Origin: an uncultured Lachnospiraceae bacterium
Lineage (GTDB): Bacteria > Bacillota > Clostridia > Lachnospirales > Lachnospiraceae
Assembly (NCBI GenBank): GCA_964591265.1
Contig: CAZQAB010000015.1
Location: 301 to 64,300 of the forward strand
Length of the DNA stretch: 64,000 nucleotides
Direction: 5' to 3'
Part shown: positions 20,575 through 29,991 of the stretch, in pieces
How positions within the stretch are numbered: the stretch's first letter is position 1
Layout of the letters: each line of letters opens with the position of its first letter
Position numbers and translations under genes: made by a program
The notes under the pieces: generated by a model
What the model was told of the DNA's origin: nothing
Seen by the model: the letters and a program-made list of their open reading frames with translations, nothing else
Databases searched by the model: none

Positions 20575-21579
20575 ATGCAAACGACAATAAAAAACGTTGC
20601 AGAGGCAGCAGGCGTATCCACAGCCACTGTTTCCAACGTGTTGACACAGAAAAAATATGTCAGCGCTGAAGTTGCACTAAAAGTAAAGGCAGCGATGAAG
20701 GAGCTGAATTATCACCCTAATTCCATAGCCAGAAGCTTGAAGGTGAAAAAGACCTTTCGTATTGGGATTATGGTTCCTGATATTACGAACCCGTTTTTTG
20801 GAGAAATTGTGGAGAGCGCGGAACGGGTAGCTAATGCAAACGGTTTTCAGATCTCTTTGTGCACGACAAAAAATAATGCGGTAAAAGAAAAAAAGATTAT
20901 AGATACATTTTTAGAGACAGGGGTCGACGGAATTATCAATGTAGCGCCAACTACATCGGACGTCAAGCTAAATAAAACCCTGAACATTCCGATGGTAATT
21001 GCGGATCGCCCTCATTTTGAAACAAAGAGAAACATAGCTTTTGTATACGCTGATAATTATAGCGCCAGCGCGGACGTTGCCCGGTATTTGATACAAAAAG
21101 GTTATAAAAAGTTCCTCTGTTTTTCGGGATATGGAGATAAAATTCCCAATGCGAAATGCAGGGATGAAGGGTTTTGCGATGAACTGAAACGCAATGGTTT
21201 CTCTGAAGAGGATTACGAGGTGCATTATTGTGAATTCACCTTTGAGGCCGGTTACCAGATGATGACGGAATTTCTGGAAACCCATTCGCTGAAAACCAGG
21301 TATGGAGCATATATAAGCAGTGATATAATGGCTTGGGGCGTCATGGAGGCGCTAAAGACAAAAGGCTTCAAAATCCCAAGGGACATGGGGATTGTCGGGT
21401 TCGATAATATTTATTTCTCCAAATTTTTATATCCGGGCTTAACGACAGTAGAGAATCCGGCAAAGGAACTGGGCGGCCAGTCCATGCGCCTGTTGTTGGA
21501 CTCGATTGAAAGTCAACAGAAGTTGAATGGGAAATATATGGTACTCAGCACATCGATGATTATACGCCAGTCAGTATGA
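20575..21579 (+). CDS. LacI-family repressor
   Basis: TIKNVAEAAGVSTATVSNV, YHPNSIARSL, VGFDNI. Confidence 0.95.
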   Translation: MQTTIKNVAEAAGVSTATVSNVLTQKKYVSAEVALKVKAAMKELNYHPNSIARSLKVKKTFRIGIMVPDITNPFFGEIVESAERVANANGFQISLCTTKNNAVKEKKIIDTFLETGVDGIINVAPTTSDVKLNKTLNIPMVIADRPHFETKRNIAFVYADNYSASADVARYLIQKGYKKFLCFSGYGDKIPNAKCRDEGFCDELKRNGFSEEDYEVHYCEFTFEAGYQMMTEFLETHSLKTRYGAYISSDIMAWGVMEALKTKGFKIPRDMGIVGFDNIYFSKFLYPGLTTVENPAKELGGQSMRLLLDSIESQQKLNGKYMVLSTSMIIRQSV

Positions 21580-21602
21580 TTGGCGTATAAAAATAAAATT
21601 AA

Positions 21603-21616
21603 TTTAAACGATTAAC
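21603..21616. promoter_or_regulatory. Putative LacI operator 2
   Basis: TTTAAACGATTAAC, 12/14 identical to operator 1, upstream of the rbsD-like gene. Confidence 0.6.
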
Positions 21617-21634
21617 TAAAAAAGGAGAAGAAGA

Positions 21635-22078
21635 ATGAAAAAGAGAGGTATTTTAAACGCAGAATTATCAAAAGCAGTAGGAAAAATGGGACATGGGGAT
21701 ATTATTTTGATAGGAGACGTTGGCTGTCCGTTCCCGAGGCATACTATGACGACCTGCATTGATCTGGCCGTGACAGACGGTATTCCAAAGGTATCGGATG
21801 TGCTGAAGGTGGTTTTGGATGAACTGGAAGTGGAAGAGTATATGGTGGCGAAGGAAACAACGGAAATCAATCCGAAAATTTATGAAGAATTCAAGGAAAT
21901 CATCTCTGGATACAGCAACAAAGGAAACGCGTTGAAAGAGAATGTGGTGGAACATCCAAAAATGAAAAATATGTGGTTAAACGGGGCGCTGGAAGGGCAG
22001 GAAGTAAAAGTGTTTGTCCGGACAGGGCAGAGAAGTCCCTATTGCTATATCGCATTAGTTGCTGGCGTTGATTTCTAA
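21635..22078 (+). CDS. rbsD: RbsD/FucU family pyranase/mutarotase (divergent)
   Basis: MKKRGILNAEL...MGHGDIILIGD...IDLA...VRTGQRSPY. Confidence 0.8.
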   Translation: MKKRGILNAELSKAVGKMGHGDIILIGDVGCPFPRHTMTTCIDLAVTDGIPKVSDVLKVVLDELEVEEYMVAKETTEINPKIYEEFKEIISGYSNKGNALKENVVEHPKMKNMWLNGALEGQEVKVFVRTGQRSPYCYIALVAGVDF

Positions 22079-22146
22079 ATCAGCCTTTGGACATTGTAAG
22101 AGATGTAAAACAGGACGGGAAGGTATGGGAAGCAGGAGGGATATAA

Positions 22147-22974
22147 GTGAGAACGCTTGAAACTGTGTTTAGGAATAAAAAGCCGGTCATTGGAATGGTG
22201 CATCTGCGCCCTCTGCCGGGATCTGCAATGTATGATCCGGTTGTGATGGGAATGAATCAGATTTTGAAGACAGCCGCCGAAGAAGCAAAAATGCTTGAGG
22301 CGGCCGGGGTGGACGGGGTGCAGGTAGAAAATATGTGGGATATCCCTTATTTTCAGAGCGACAGAATTTCCAGCGATACGATAGCGTCTCTTGCAGTTGG
22401 GGTTTATGAGGTCGGCAGGCACGTGTCAATTCCCGTGGGAGCCGAGTGCCATATGAACGGCGCGGATATTGCGTTGTCGTGCGCGGTGGCGGCGGGAGCA
22501 AAATGGATCCGTGTATTTGAGTGGTGCAATGCGTTTATTTCTCAGGCTGGCTACATTGAGGCGATTGGCGCAAGGGTCGCAAAAAAACGGCATGATTTAA
22601 GGGCAGAGCATATCCTTGCTCTCTGTGACGTAAACGTTAAGCATGGCAGTCATTATATTATCCATGACCGCAGTGTGGAAGAACAGGCAATGGACATAGA
22701 AGCCCAGGGCGGCGATGCGGTCATTGTAACGGGCTTTGATACCGGGACGCCGCCCACGGCAGAACGCGTATTGGCATGCAAAAAAGCGGTCTCTCTCCCT
22801 GTTTTCTTAGGAAGCGGTGTAAACAATCAAAATATTTCTACTTTATTGGCTGCGGCAGACGGCGCAATTGTAGGAAGCTGGTTCAAGGAAGATGGCAATT
22901 GGAAAAAAGGGGTAAGTTATGAACGGACAAGAGACTTTATGCGGGAAGTAGAGAAGCTGAGGGGGGAACGGTGA
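22147..22974 (+). CDS. BtpA/SgcQ family protein
   Basis: KPVIGMVHLRPLPGS, VENMWDIPY, DVNVKHG, DAVIVTG, LGSGV, DGAIVGS. Confidence 0.9.
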   Translation: MRTLETVFRNKKPVIGMVHLRPLPGSAMYDPVVMGMNQILKTAAEEAKMLEAAGVDGVQVENMWDIPYFQSDRISSDTIASLAVGVYEVGRHVSIPVGAECHMNGADIALSCAVAAGAKWIRVFEWCNAFISQAGYIEAIGARVAKKRHDLRAEHILALCDVNVKHGSHYIIHDRSVEEQAMDIEAQGGDAVIVTGFDTGTPPTAERVLACKKAVSLPVFLGSGVNNQNISTLLAAADGAIVGSWFKEDGNWKKGVSYERTRDFMREVEKLRGER

Positions 22975-23900
22975 AAATGAAAAAAAAGATTTTATGTATG
23001 GGCAGCCTCAACATTGACCTGACAATGTATATGGAAAAATTGCCGCTTCCAGGAGAAACGGTTGTCACGGATAATTTCCAGACGTTCCCCGGGGGAAAAG
23101 GAGGCAACCAGGCGGCTGCAGCTTCTATCCTGGGCGGAGACGTGCGATATTTTACAAAGCTTGGGGACGATGCGTTCAGCGCCGAACTGATCGCAAGTCA
23201 GAAAGCCGCCGGCGTTGATACGGATTATATTGTTATTGAGCCAGGAGAGACTGCCGGAATTGCAATGATACAGGTAGACAACAACGGGCAGAATTCAATT
23301 TCCTTTACGCCGGGCGCCAATCGTTTGCTGACGCCGGAAGATGTAAGGGCCAACAGCCATGTTTTTGAAAACTGTGAAATTTTGCTGATCACAATGGAAA
23401 TACCAGAAGAGACAGTCTATGAGGCAATAAAAATTGCAGCCGGCAGAGGGATGGAGATTATTCTCGATCCGGCTCCGGCTCCGGCGGAGGGAATACCTGA
23501 GACAGTGGCCCGGCTGGTAGATTATGTAAAGCCTAATGAGACAGAGGCGGCAATCCTGGCCGGAATGCCGGTGGAAAGTATGGAAGAAGCAAAAACGGCT
23601 CTGGATTGTCTTCGGGGGAAAGGATTTAAAACGCCGATCATTACTTTGGCAGAAGACGGAGCATTGACATGGATCGGTCATACCTGTTATGAGGTAAAGC
23701 CAATGAAGGCGGACAGCATAGACGGTACTGCTGCCGGAGATATTTTTCTGGGAGCATTTGCGGCCGCCTTGTCAGATCATAAAGAAATCCGGTATTGTCT
23801 GGAATTTGCCAAAACGGCGTCAGCAATTAGTACGGAGAGGAAAGGAGCGCAATCGTCTATTCCTTCATACGAGGAAGTGCTGAAAAGGCTGCAAAAGTAG
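22971..23900 (+). CDS. rbsK: Ribokinase-like PfkB sugar kinase
   Basis: GSLNIDL, PGGKGGNQA, LDPAPA, PNETE, DGTAAGD; start is GTG 22971 or ATG 22977. Confidence 0.85.
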   Translation: MKMKKKILCMGSLNIDLTMYMEKLPLPGETVVTDNFQTFPGGKGGNQAAAASILGGDVRYFTKLGDDAFSAELIASQKAAGVDTDYIVIEPGETAGIAMIQVDNNGQNSISFTPGANRLLTPEDVRANSHVFENCEILLITMEIPEETVYEAIKIAAGRGMEIILDPAPAPAEGIPETVARLVDYVKPNETEAAILAGMPVESMEEAKTALDCLRGKGFKTPIITLAEDGALTWIGHTCYEVKPMKADSIDGTAAGDIFLGAFAAALSDHKEIRYCLEFAKTASAISTERKGAQSSIPSYEEVLKRLQK

Positions 23901-23918
23901 CAGAAAGGAGTAATACCT

Positions 23919-25421
23919 GTGGACAAGTCCTATATTCTTGAACTGAAGGGAGTAAAGAAAAGCTTCGGTGGAATCCATGCACTGAAAGGTGTTGACTTTG
24001 GACTTCGCAGGGGGGAGATACATGCGCTTCTCGGCGAAAACGGCGCGGGAAAATCTACGTTGATAAAAATCATAACAGGCGTATATCAGGCTGATGAAGG
24101 GCAGTATTTCCTTGAAGGCGAACCGGCGGCAATGCATTCTCCGATCGATGCAAAGCATTATGGGATTACAGCGATTTATCAGGAACTTAGCCTGATCGAA
24201 TCCTTGTCTGTGGCAGAAAATATTTTTCTGGGGCGGGAACCGGTATTTTCTGCGCTGGGTTTATGCAGACGGAATCAAATATACGATGAAAGTCAGGCAT
24301 ATCTTAATGAATTTAAAATTGACATTGATTGCAGAAAAAAAGTTTCTGAGCTCGGAATGGGACAGAAGCGAATTGTGGAAATAGTAAAGGCCTTAGCCAC
24401 GGATTCAAAAATACTATTGCTGGATGAACCGACAACAGGTATGAGTCAGGCAGAGATTGAAACATTGTTTAAGATCATGGATATGTTGAAGGAAAAGAAT
24501 GTGACTATGATCTACATATCCCATTACTTAGAAGAGATTTTCCGCGTCTGTACGAGGGCAACCGTTTTTCGGGACGGAAGGAATATTGGCGTGTTTCAGA
24601 TTGGAAAAGTGACCGAGCAGGAATTGATTCAAGCCATGATTGGAAAAGAGATCCGCTCCTCGTATATTCGTCGAACCCGTGATTTTTCGGAAAAGAAAAA
24701 TATTCTTGAATTAAGGGATTACAAAACGGATAAGATGAAGCATGCAATTAGTATGCGCGTCAGAGAAGGCGAGATCGTAGGAGTGACGGGCATTGTGGGG
24801 GCAGGAAAAAGCGAACTGGCGCACAGTATTTTTGGAAACGCATCGTATGAAAGCGGAAAAATGTATGTGAACGGACAAGAGGTTCACATGAAATCTCCCC
24901 GTGATGCAAAAAAACACCGGATGGCTTTTATTCCGGAGGATCGAAAGGCGGAGAGCCTGTTCTTAAAAGATACGGTAGCAAACAACATGGTTATTGCCAG
25001 CCTTGAACATTTCCGCAAATGGGGCGGTATTCTGGATGTGGGAAAAAAACGGAAAGAGTGCCTGCAGATGGCAGAGAAACTGCGCGTGACGCCGCTTAAC
25101 GTTGACCTTGAAGCAGGAAATCTGTCGGGAGGAAATCAGCAGAAAGTGGTGATTGGGAAATGGCTGACGGCTAATCCGGAACTGATTATTATGGATGAAC
25201 CGACAAGAGGAATTGATGTCGGCGCAAAAACAGAAATACATGAACTGATCCGGAGTTTGGCAAACGGTGGAAAGGGCATGCTGGTCATGTCCTCGGAGTT
25301 TGAAGAACTGATTGATTTGTGCGACAGGATCCTCGTGCTTTATAAGGGCAGAATTTCCGGAGAAGTTATGCCGGATGAAGCAACAAACGAAAAACTGTTG
25401 GAAATGTCACTGGGAGGTTGA
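23919..25421 (+). CDS. CUT2 monosaccharide ABC ATPase (RbsA-like)
   Basis: Tandem ABC domains, GENGAGKS, LSGGNQQK, DEPTRGIDVGAK. Confidence 0.93.
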   Translation: MDKSYILELKGVKKSFGGIHALKGVDFGLRRGEIHALLGENGAGKSTLIKIITGVYQADEGQYFLEGEPAAMHSPIDAKHYGITAIYQELSLIESLSVAENIFLGREPVFSALGLCRRNQIYDESQAYLNEFKIDIDCRKKVSELGMGQKRIVEIVKALATDSKILLLDEPTTGMSQAEIETLFKIMDMLKEKNVTMIYISHYLEEIFRVCTRATVFRDGRNIGVFQIGKVTEQELIQAMIGKEIRSSYIRRTRDFSEKKNILELRDYKTDKMKHAISMRVREGEIVGVTGIVGAGKSELAHSIFGNASYESGKMYVNGQEVHMKSPRDAKKHRMAFIPEDRKAESLFLKDTVANNMVIASLEHFRKWGGILDVGKKRKECLQMAEKLRVTPLNVDLEAGNLSGGNQQKVVIGKWLTANPELIIMDEPTRGIDVGAKTEIHELIRSLANGGKGMLVMSSEFEELIDLCDRILVLYKGRISGEVMPDEATNEKLLEMSLGG

Positions 25422-25424
25422 GGC

Positions 25425-26378
25425 ATGAAAAAAAGGTTTGGGAAAAAAGATATCGCCCTGATAGTAAGAGGCGAAGCCGGCCTGGCGCTGATTCTGATTG
25501 TTTTATGCATTGTTTTTTCCATAGTGTCTCCTTATTTTTTGGCGGCAAAAAATCTTTTGAATATTACGCGTCAAATTTCCGTTGTGCTGATTATCGCAGT
25601 GGGTATGCTTTGTGTTGTGCTGACAGGAGAAATTGATTTGTCTGTGGGATCCTGCGCGGCTCTGGCAGGTGTGGCCAGCGCGTGGGCGCTGCTTCGCACA
25701 GGAGCTCAGATTCCCGCAGTTGCGCTTGCGTTGATGATAGGAATCGGAACCGGGATGTTTAACGGATTTCTTACCGTTTATATGGAGATTCCGTCTTTTA
25801 TCGTTACACTTGCATCTATGGGGATTTTTCGTGGCTGCGTATTGGTCTGGACAAATGGGAAATCCATGTCCGGACTGCCGGAAGAGTTTTCACTGTGGGG
25901 AGCTAAATATGTATTTGGAATCATTCCGGTATCAACTGTTATTGCGCTTGTACTGATTGCCGCTGCTTTTGTGATTCTGCATAAGACAAAACATGGAATT
26001 TATCTGAAGGCAATTGGCGCGAACACGGAGGCGGCCACCCTGTCCGCAATTCCTGTGAAAGCTTATAAATTTGCCGCATTTGCAGTTTGCGGGTTGATGT
26101 CTGCAATTGGAGGTATTATTACAACTTCAAAATTGCTGTCGGCCCAACCCACTGCCTGCGAGGGGATGGAGATGGATGTTTTGTCGGCGGTAATCCTTGG
26201 CGGGGCGTCGCTGGCGGGCGGAGTAGGCACTATTACAGGAACATTGGTTGGCGCTTTGGTTATCGGGGTAATTAATAATGGAATGAATTTATTGGGTGTG
26301 ACATCCTTTTTACAGCAAATTGTAAAAGGATTCATCATATTAGCTGCTGTTTTACTTCAACGTAGCAAAAAACAATAA
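25425..26378 (+). CDS. CUT2 monosaccharide ABC permease (RbsC-like)
   Basis: GEIDLSVGS, IPSFIVTL, AVILGGASLAGG. Confidence 0.93.
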   Translation: MKKRFGKKDIALIVRGEAGLALILIVLCIVFSIVSPYFLAAKNLLNITRQISVVLIIAVGMLCVVLTGEIDLSVGSCAALAGVASAWALLRTGAQIPAVALALMIGIGTGMFNGFLTVYMEIPSFIVTLASMGIFRGCVLVWTNGKSMSGLPEEFSLWGAKYVFGIIPVSTVIALVLIAAAFVILHKTKHGIYLKAIGANTEAATLSAIPVKAYKFAAFAVCGLMSAIGGIITTSKLLSAQPTACEGMEMDVLSAVILGGASLAGGVGTITGTLVGALVIGVINNGMNLLGVTSFLQQIVKGFIILAAVLLQRSKKQ

Positions 26379-26395
26379 AAATGGAGGTAACGAGT

Positions 26396-27319
26396 ATGAA
26401 AAGGAAATTTTTGGCGGCGGTAATTACATGCGCGGCGGCATTGTCGCTGACAGGCGGGGCTCTCAGCGTATACGCAGAGGAAGAAAGCTATACAATTGGA
26501 TTCGCGGTCTCTACGTTGGCAAATGATTTTTTTGTAGAGATGAAGGAAGCCGCAGAGGCCAAGGCCGAAGAAATGGGAATCAATCTGGAAATTCTGGATG
26601 CGCAGGATTCTATGGAAACTCAGGCGACGCAAATGGAAGACCTGATTGCAAAGGGCGTAGATCTGATTATTTTAAATCCTGTTGATTCAGATGCAATCGG
26701 GACGTCTGTTGTGGCAGCAAATGAAGCGGAGATTCCGGTCATTACAGTGACTCGCGCATCGAATTCGGGCGAAGTAGTCCAGCACTTGGACATTGATAAT
26801 AAGGAAGCGGGTGCGCTTATTGCACAGCAGATGAATAAAGACCTTAATGGGGCGGGGAAAGTAGCGGTTCTTGAAGGGACTCCGGGAGCATCATCAACGG
26901 ATGACAGACAGAGCGGTTTTGTGGACGCATTGGAAGAGGATGCGCCGGATATAGAGGTTGTCACATCCCTTACCGCAAACTACTCAATGGACGAGGGGGC
27001 AACGGTAACCGAAGACATCCTTCAGTCAAATCCGGAGTTGGACGCCATTTATGCTCATAATGATGAAATGGCATTAGGAGCGGTCCGCGCAATAGCAGCT
27101 GCGGGAAGGCAAGGCGAGATCAAGGTGTACGGTATAGATGCAATAGCAGATGCAGTCGAAGCGCTTAAGAATGATGAGATGGCTGCGACTGTTCAGCAGC
27201 AGCCGGATCTTCAGATTGAAACCGCTCTTGAGAGCGCCGTAAAAGTCTTAGATGGAGAAGAGGTTGACGACTTGGTAAATATTCCGCTGAAGCTCTTAAC
27301 GAAGGAAGATGTGGAGTAA
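26396..27319 (+). CDS. CUT2 monosaccharide-binding protein (RbsB-like)
   Basis: Signal peptide, STLANDFF, NPVDSDA, AHNDEMALGA. Confidence 0.92.
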   Translation: MKRKFLAAVITCAAALSLTGGALSVYAEEESYTIGFAVSTLANDFFVEMKEAAEAKAEEMGINLEILDAQDSMETQATQMEDLIAKGVDLIILNPVDSDAIGTSVVAANEAEIPVITVTRASNSGEVVQHLDIDNKEAGALIAQQMNKDLNGAGKVAVLEGTPGASSTDDRQSGFVDALEEDAPDIEVVTSLTANYSMDEGATVTEDILQSNPELDAIYAHNDEMALGAVRAIAAAGRQGEIKVYGIDAIADAVEALKNDEMAATVQQQPDLQIETALESAVKVLDGEEVDDLVNIPLKLLTKEDVE

Positions 27320-27726
27320 AAAAAAGTGAGATAGGATAAAAGTAAAACAGCGCGGAAAGTGGGCTGCGAACTAAGCAATTAGTACACGGCTCCTTTTCTG
27401 CGTATAAAAATTGCCGGTTCCTTTGGAGGGAAGGGCAGATCTTTTTATCCGTCCTTGGGATATGCCAGGCGGGAAAGCCTTCCGGAAGGCCGGAAAAATG
27501 CAGTAAATATGGTGCGGGGAAATGAAAAAGTTTGGCAGGGAGAGGAAAGCGGCAGGGCTATGACAGTTCTGCCGCTTTCGATCAGTGGCTTCAGCAGGTT
27601 GCGCGCGGCGTGAAGCATCTGCGGGAGGAGCTGGCCGGGGCCGTGGGAGAGGGATACCGGAAGCCGGGTGATTATATAAAAACGCAAAATATTCCGGTAT
27701 TTGTGAAAGAGAATTTTTTTGATTTA

Positions 27727-27754
27727 TTGACATGCAGAAATGGTATGTTACAAT
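27727..27754 (+). promoter_or_regulatory. Sigma-A promoter of the DUF853 gene
   Basis: TTGACA, 16 bp spacer, TACAAT with extended TGn. Confidence 0.6.
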
Positions 27755-27810
27755 AAAATGAAAGATTTTAGTATTAAAACGGGTTACAAACTATATGATG
27801 GAGGAGAATT

Positions 27811-29382
27811 ATGTACAGCGAGAATTTAATCTGGATTGGACAAAGCGGCGAGGAAAAGGTCTGCATCATTCCCAGGATGGCAAACCGGCACGGACTGATC
27901 GCGGGGGCGACCGGCACAGGTAAGACGGTTACCTTAAAGGTGCTGGCGGAATCTTTCAGTGATGCGGGGGTTCCGGTATTCCTCGCGGATGCGAAGGGCG
28001 ACCTGGCGGGTATGTGCCGGCCTGGGGAGGACAGTGAAAGTATGCAGAAGCGGATCCAAAATTTCGGGCTGCAGGATATCTGGAGCTATCACGCGTATCC
28101 GACTGCACTGTGGGATGTATACGGCGAGCAGGGGCATCCGCTTCGTACCACGATCACCGAGATGGGGCCGATGCTGCTGGCAAAACTGATGGGGCTGAAT
28201 GATACCCAGTCCGATATTCTGTCTATCGTTTTCCGTATTGCGGATGACGCGCAGCTTCTGCTGATCGATATCAAGGATCTCAGATCGGTGCTGTCCTATG
28301 TGGGAGAGCACACGGATGAGTATATTACAAAATATGGTAACATAACGAAACAGAGCGTTGGCGCCATCGTCCGCACGCTGATCAATCTGGAGGAGCAGGG
28401 CGGCGGTTTCTTCTTCGGCGAGCCGGCGCTGGATATCCGGGACTGGTTCCGCACAGATGAGAACGGAAAAGGCTATATTAATATCCTTGCGGCGGACAAG
28501 CTGATGAATTATCCGGATATGTACGGCACATTCATGCTCTGGATGATGTCGGAGCTTTTTGAGACCCTTCCGGAAGCGGGAGATGCGGAGAAGCCCAAGA
28601 TGGTATTTTTCTTCGACGAGGCGCATATGCTGTTTGATACCGCCTCCTCCGAACTGCTCCAGAAGATTGAGCAGGTGGTAAAACTGATCCGCTCCAAAGG
28701 CGTTGGCATCTACTTTATCACCCAGTCTCCCTCCGATATTCCCGGCGAGATCCTGGGGCAGCTTGGCAACCGGATTCAGCATGCCCTCCGGGCCTACACC
28801 CCGGCTGAGCAGAAAGCGCTGAAAGCAGCGGCAGATTCTTTCCGCGAGAACCCGGATTTCAAGACCATTGATGTGCTTCCCATGCTGGGCGTGGGCGAAG
28901 CGCTCATCTCGGTGCTGGATGAAGAGGGACGTCCGGGGATGGTACAGCAGTGCAAGGTGCTCTGCCCCCAGAGCCGTATGGGAGCCATCACGGATGAAGA
29001 ACGCAAAGCGGTCATTGCGGGCGACGCTATGGCTGTAAAATATGATGAGAGCGTAGACCGTGACTCGGCTTATGAATTCCTGATCCGGAAGGCGGAAGAG
29101 GATCAGAAAGCGCAGGAAGAAGCTGCAGCAGCGGAGCAGAAGGCCAGGGAAGAAGAGGCCGCTGCAAAGGAAAGAGAGAAGGCGGAGGCTGCGGCCGAGA
29201 AGGAGAAAGAGAAGGAGGAAGCTGCGGCTGCGAAGAAAAAAGCTGCGGAAGAGGCCAGGGCTGCAGCGGCAGCCCAGAAACAAAAGGAGAAGATGCAGCG
29301 GGAGATGATGAAAGGAATCACAAAAGCCGCCTCGACCGTGGGGACACAGCTTGTGCGCGGGCTTTTGAAAAATCTCAAATAA
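27811..29382 (+). CDS. HerA-like ATPase, DUF853/YjgR family
   Basis: ANRHGLIAGATGTGKT, DAKGDL, FFDEAH, IRSKGVG, RIQHALRA; E/A/K-rich tail. Confidence 0.93.
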   Translation: MYSENLIWIGQSGEEKVCIIPRMANRHGLIAGATGTGKTVTLKVLAESFSDAGVPVFLADAKGDLAGMCRPGEDSESMQKRIQNFGLQDIWSYHAYPTALWDVYGEQGHPLRTTITEMGPMLLAKLMGLNDTQSDILSIVFRIADDAQLLLIDIKDLRSVLSYVGEHTDEYITKYGNITKQSVGAIVRTLINLEEQGGGFFFGEPALDIRDWFRTDENGKGYINILAADKLMNYPDMYGTFMLWMMSELFETLPEAGDAEKPKMVFFFDEAHMLFDTASSELLQKIEQVVKLIRSKGVGIYFITQSPSDIPGEILGQLGNRIQHALRAYTPAEQKALKAAADSFRENPDFKTIDVLPMLGVGEALISVLDEEGRPGMVQQCKVLCPQSRMGAITDEERKAVIAGDAMAVKYDESVDRDSAYEFLIRKAEEDQKAQEEAAAAEQKAREEEAAAKEREKAEAAAEKEKEKEEAAAAKKKAAEEARAAAAAQKQKEKMQREMMKGITKAASTVGTQLVRGLLKNLK

Positions 29383-29442
29383 GACCGCGTTATAGCGCCA
29401 TTCATAAAGAAGCTGCCTTGCTCATTCTTTTTTAAAGTATAT

Positions 29443-29489
29443 AACCCACTATAACACTTTCAAGGTTGAAAGATGTCATAGTGGGTTTT
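29443..29489. terminator. Hairpin between convergent genes
   Basis: aacccactataacactttcaa-gg-ttgaaagatgtcatagtgggtt. Confidence 0.7.
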
Positions 29490-29524
29490 GCAATACTACC
29501 GGGAATCTCAACGGTTTATACTTG

Positions 29525-29922
29525 CTATGATTTATTCATACCCAAATAAGATATCCATGCCAATTGAACCGTTTTAATGTCAAAATTCAACATTTCTTCA
29601 AACTGGTATTTTGTGTTTAGCCATTGAACAAATCTCGCTCCCAAATAGTATCCTACATCAGGATAGCCCTTATAATTAACCCAGTCCCCGAAATAGCGCT
29701 GATTTTCACGGGTCATATTTATCAGATCTGAATTGAAATCATTCCTAATTCTGTTCAAATTAGCAGAACACCAGTATGAATAGCCTCTTGCATATCATCT
29801 ATAAAAATGTTCTTGTGTAATGGCAAAACGGTATCCATGTATTTGTTCCATTGCTCAATAGAAAAGCAATCATCCTGAAAAAAATCCGCTATATTATTTG
29901 CTGCGTTAATTACTTTGAGCAT
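29525..29922 (-). pseudogene. Internally deleted AT-rich gene (resembles a putative Zn-protease family of Lachnospiraceae)
   Basis: RBS+ATG 29922 MLKVINAANNIADFFQDDCFSIEQWNKYMD... stops after ~55 aa; a second frame gives WCSANLNRIRNDF...ENQRYFGDWV..GYYLGARFV. Confidence 0.6.
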
Positions 29923-29991
29923 AATTCATCCTTCCCAGATTTATAAAAAGCAGTGTGTTTTGCATTAAAGGGCAAATAAGGCAGACGACCT

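Noticed and set aside
27532-27756. 74-aa ORF or possible gene remnant at the island's right edge
   Set aside because: No RBS, overlaps the DUF853 promoter, no recognisable family
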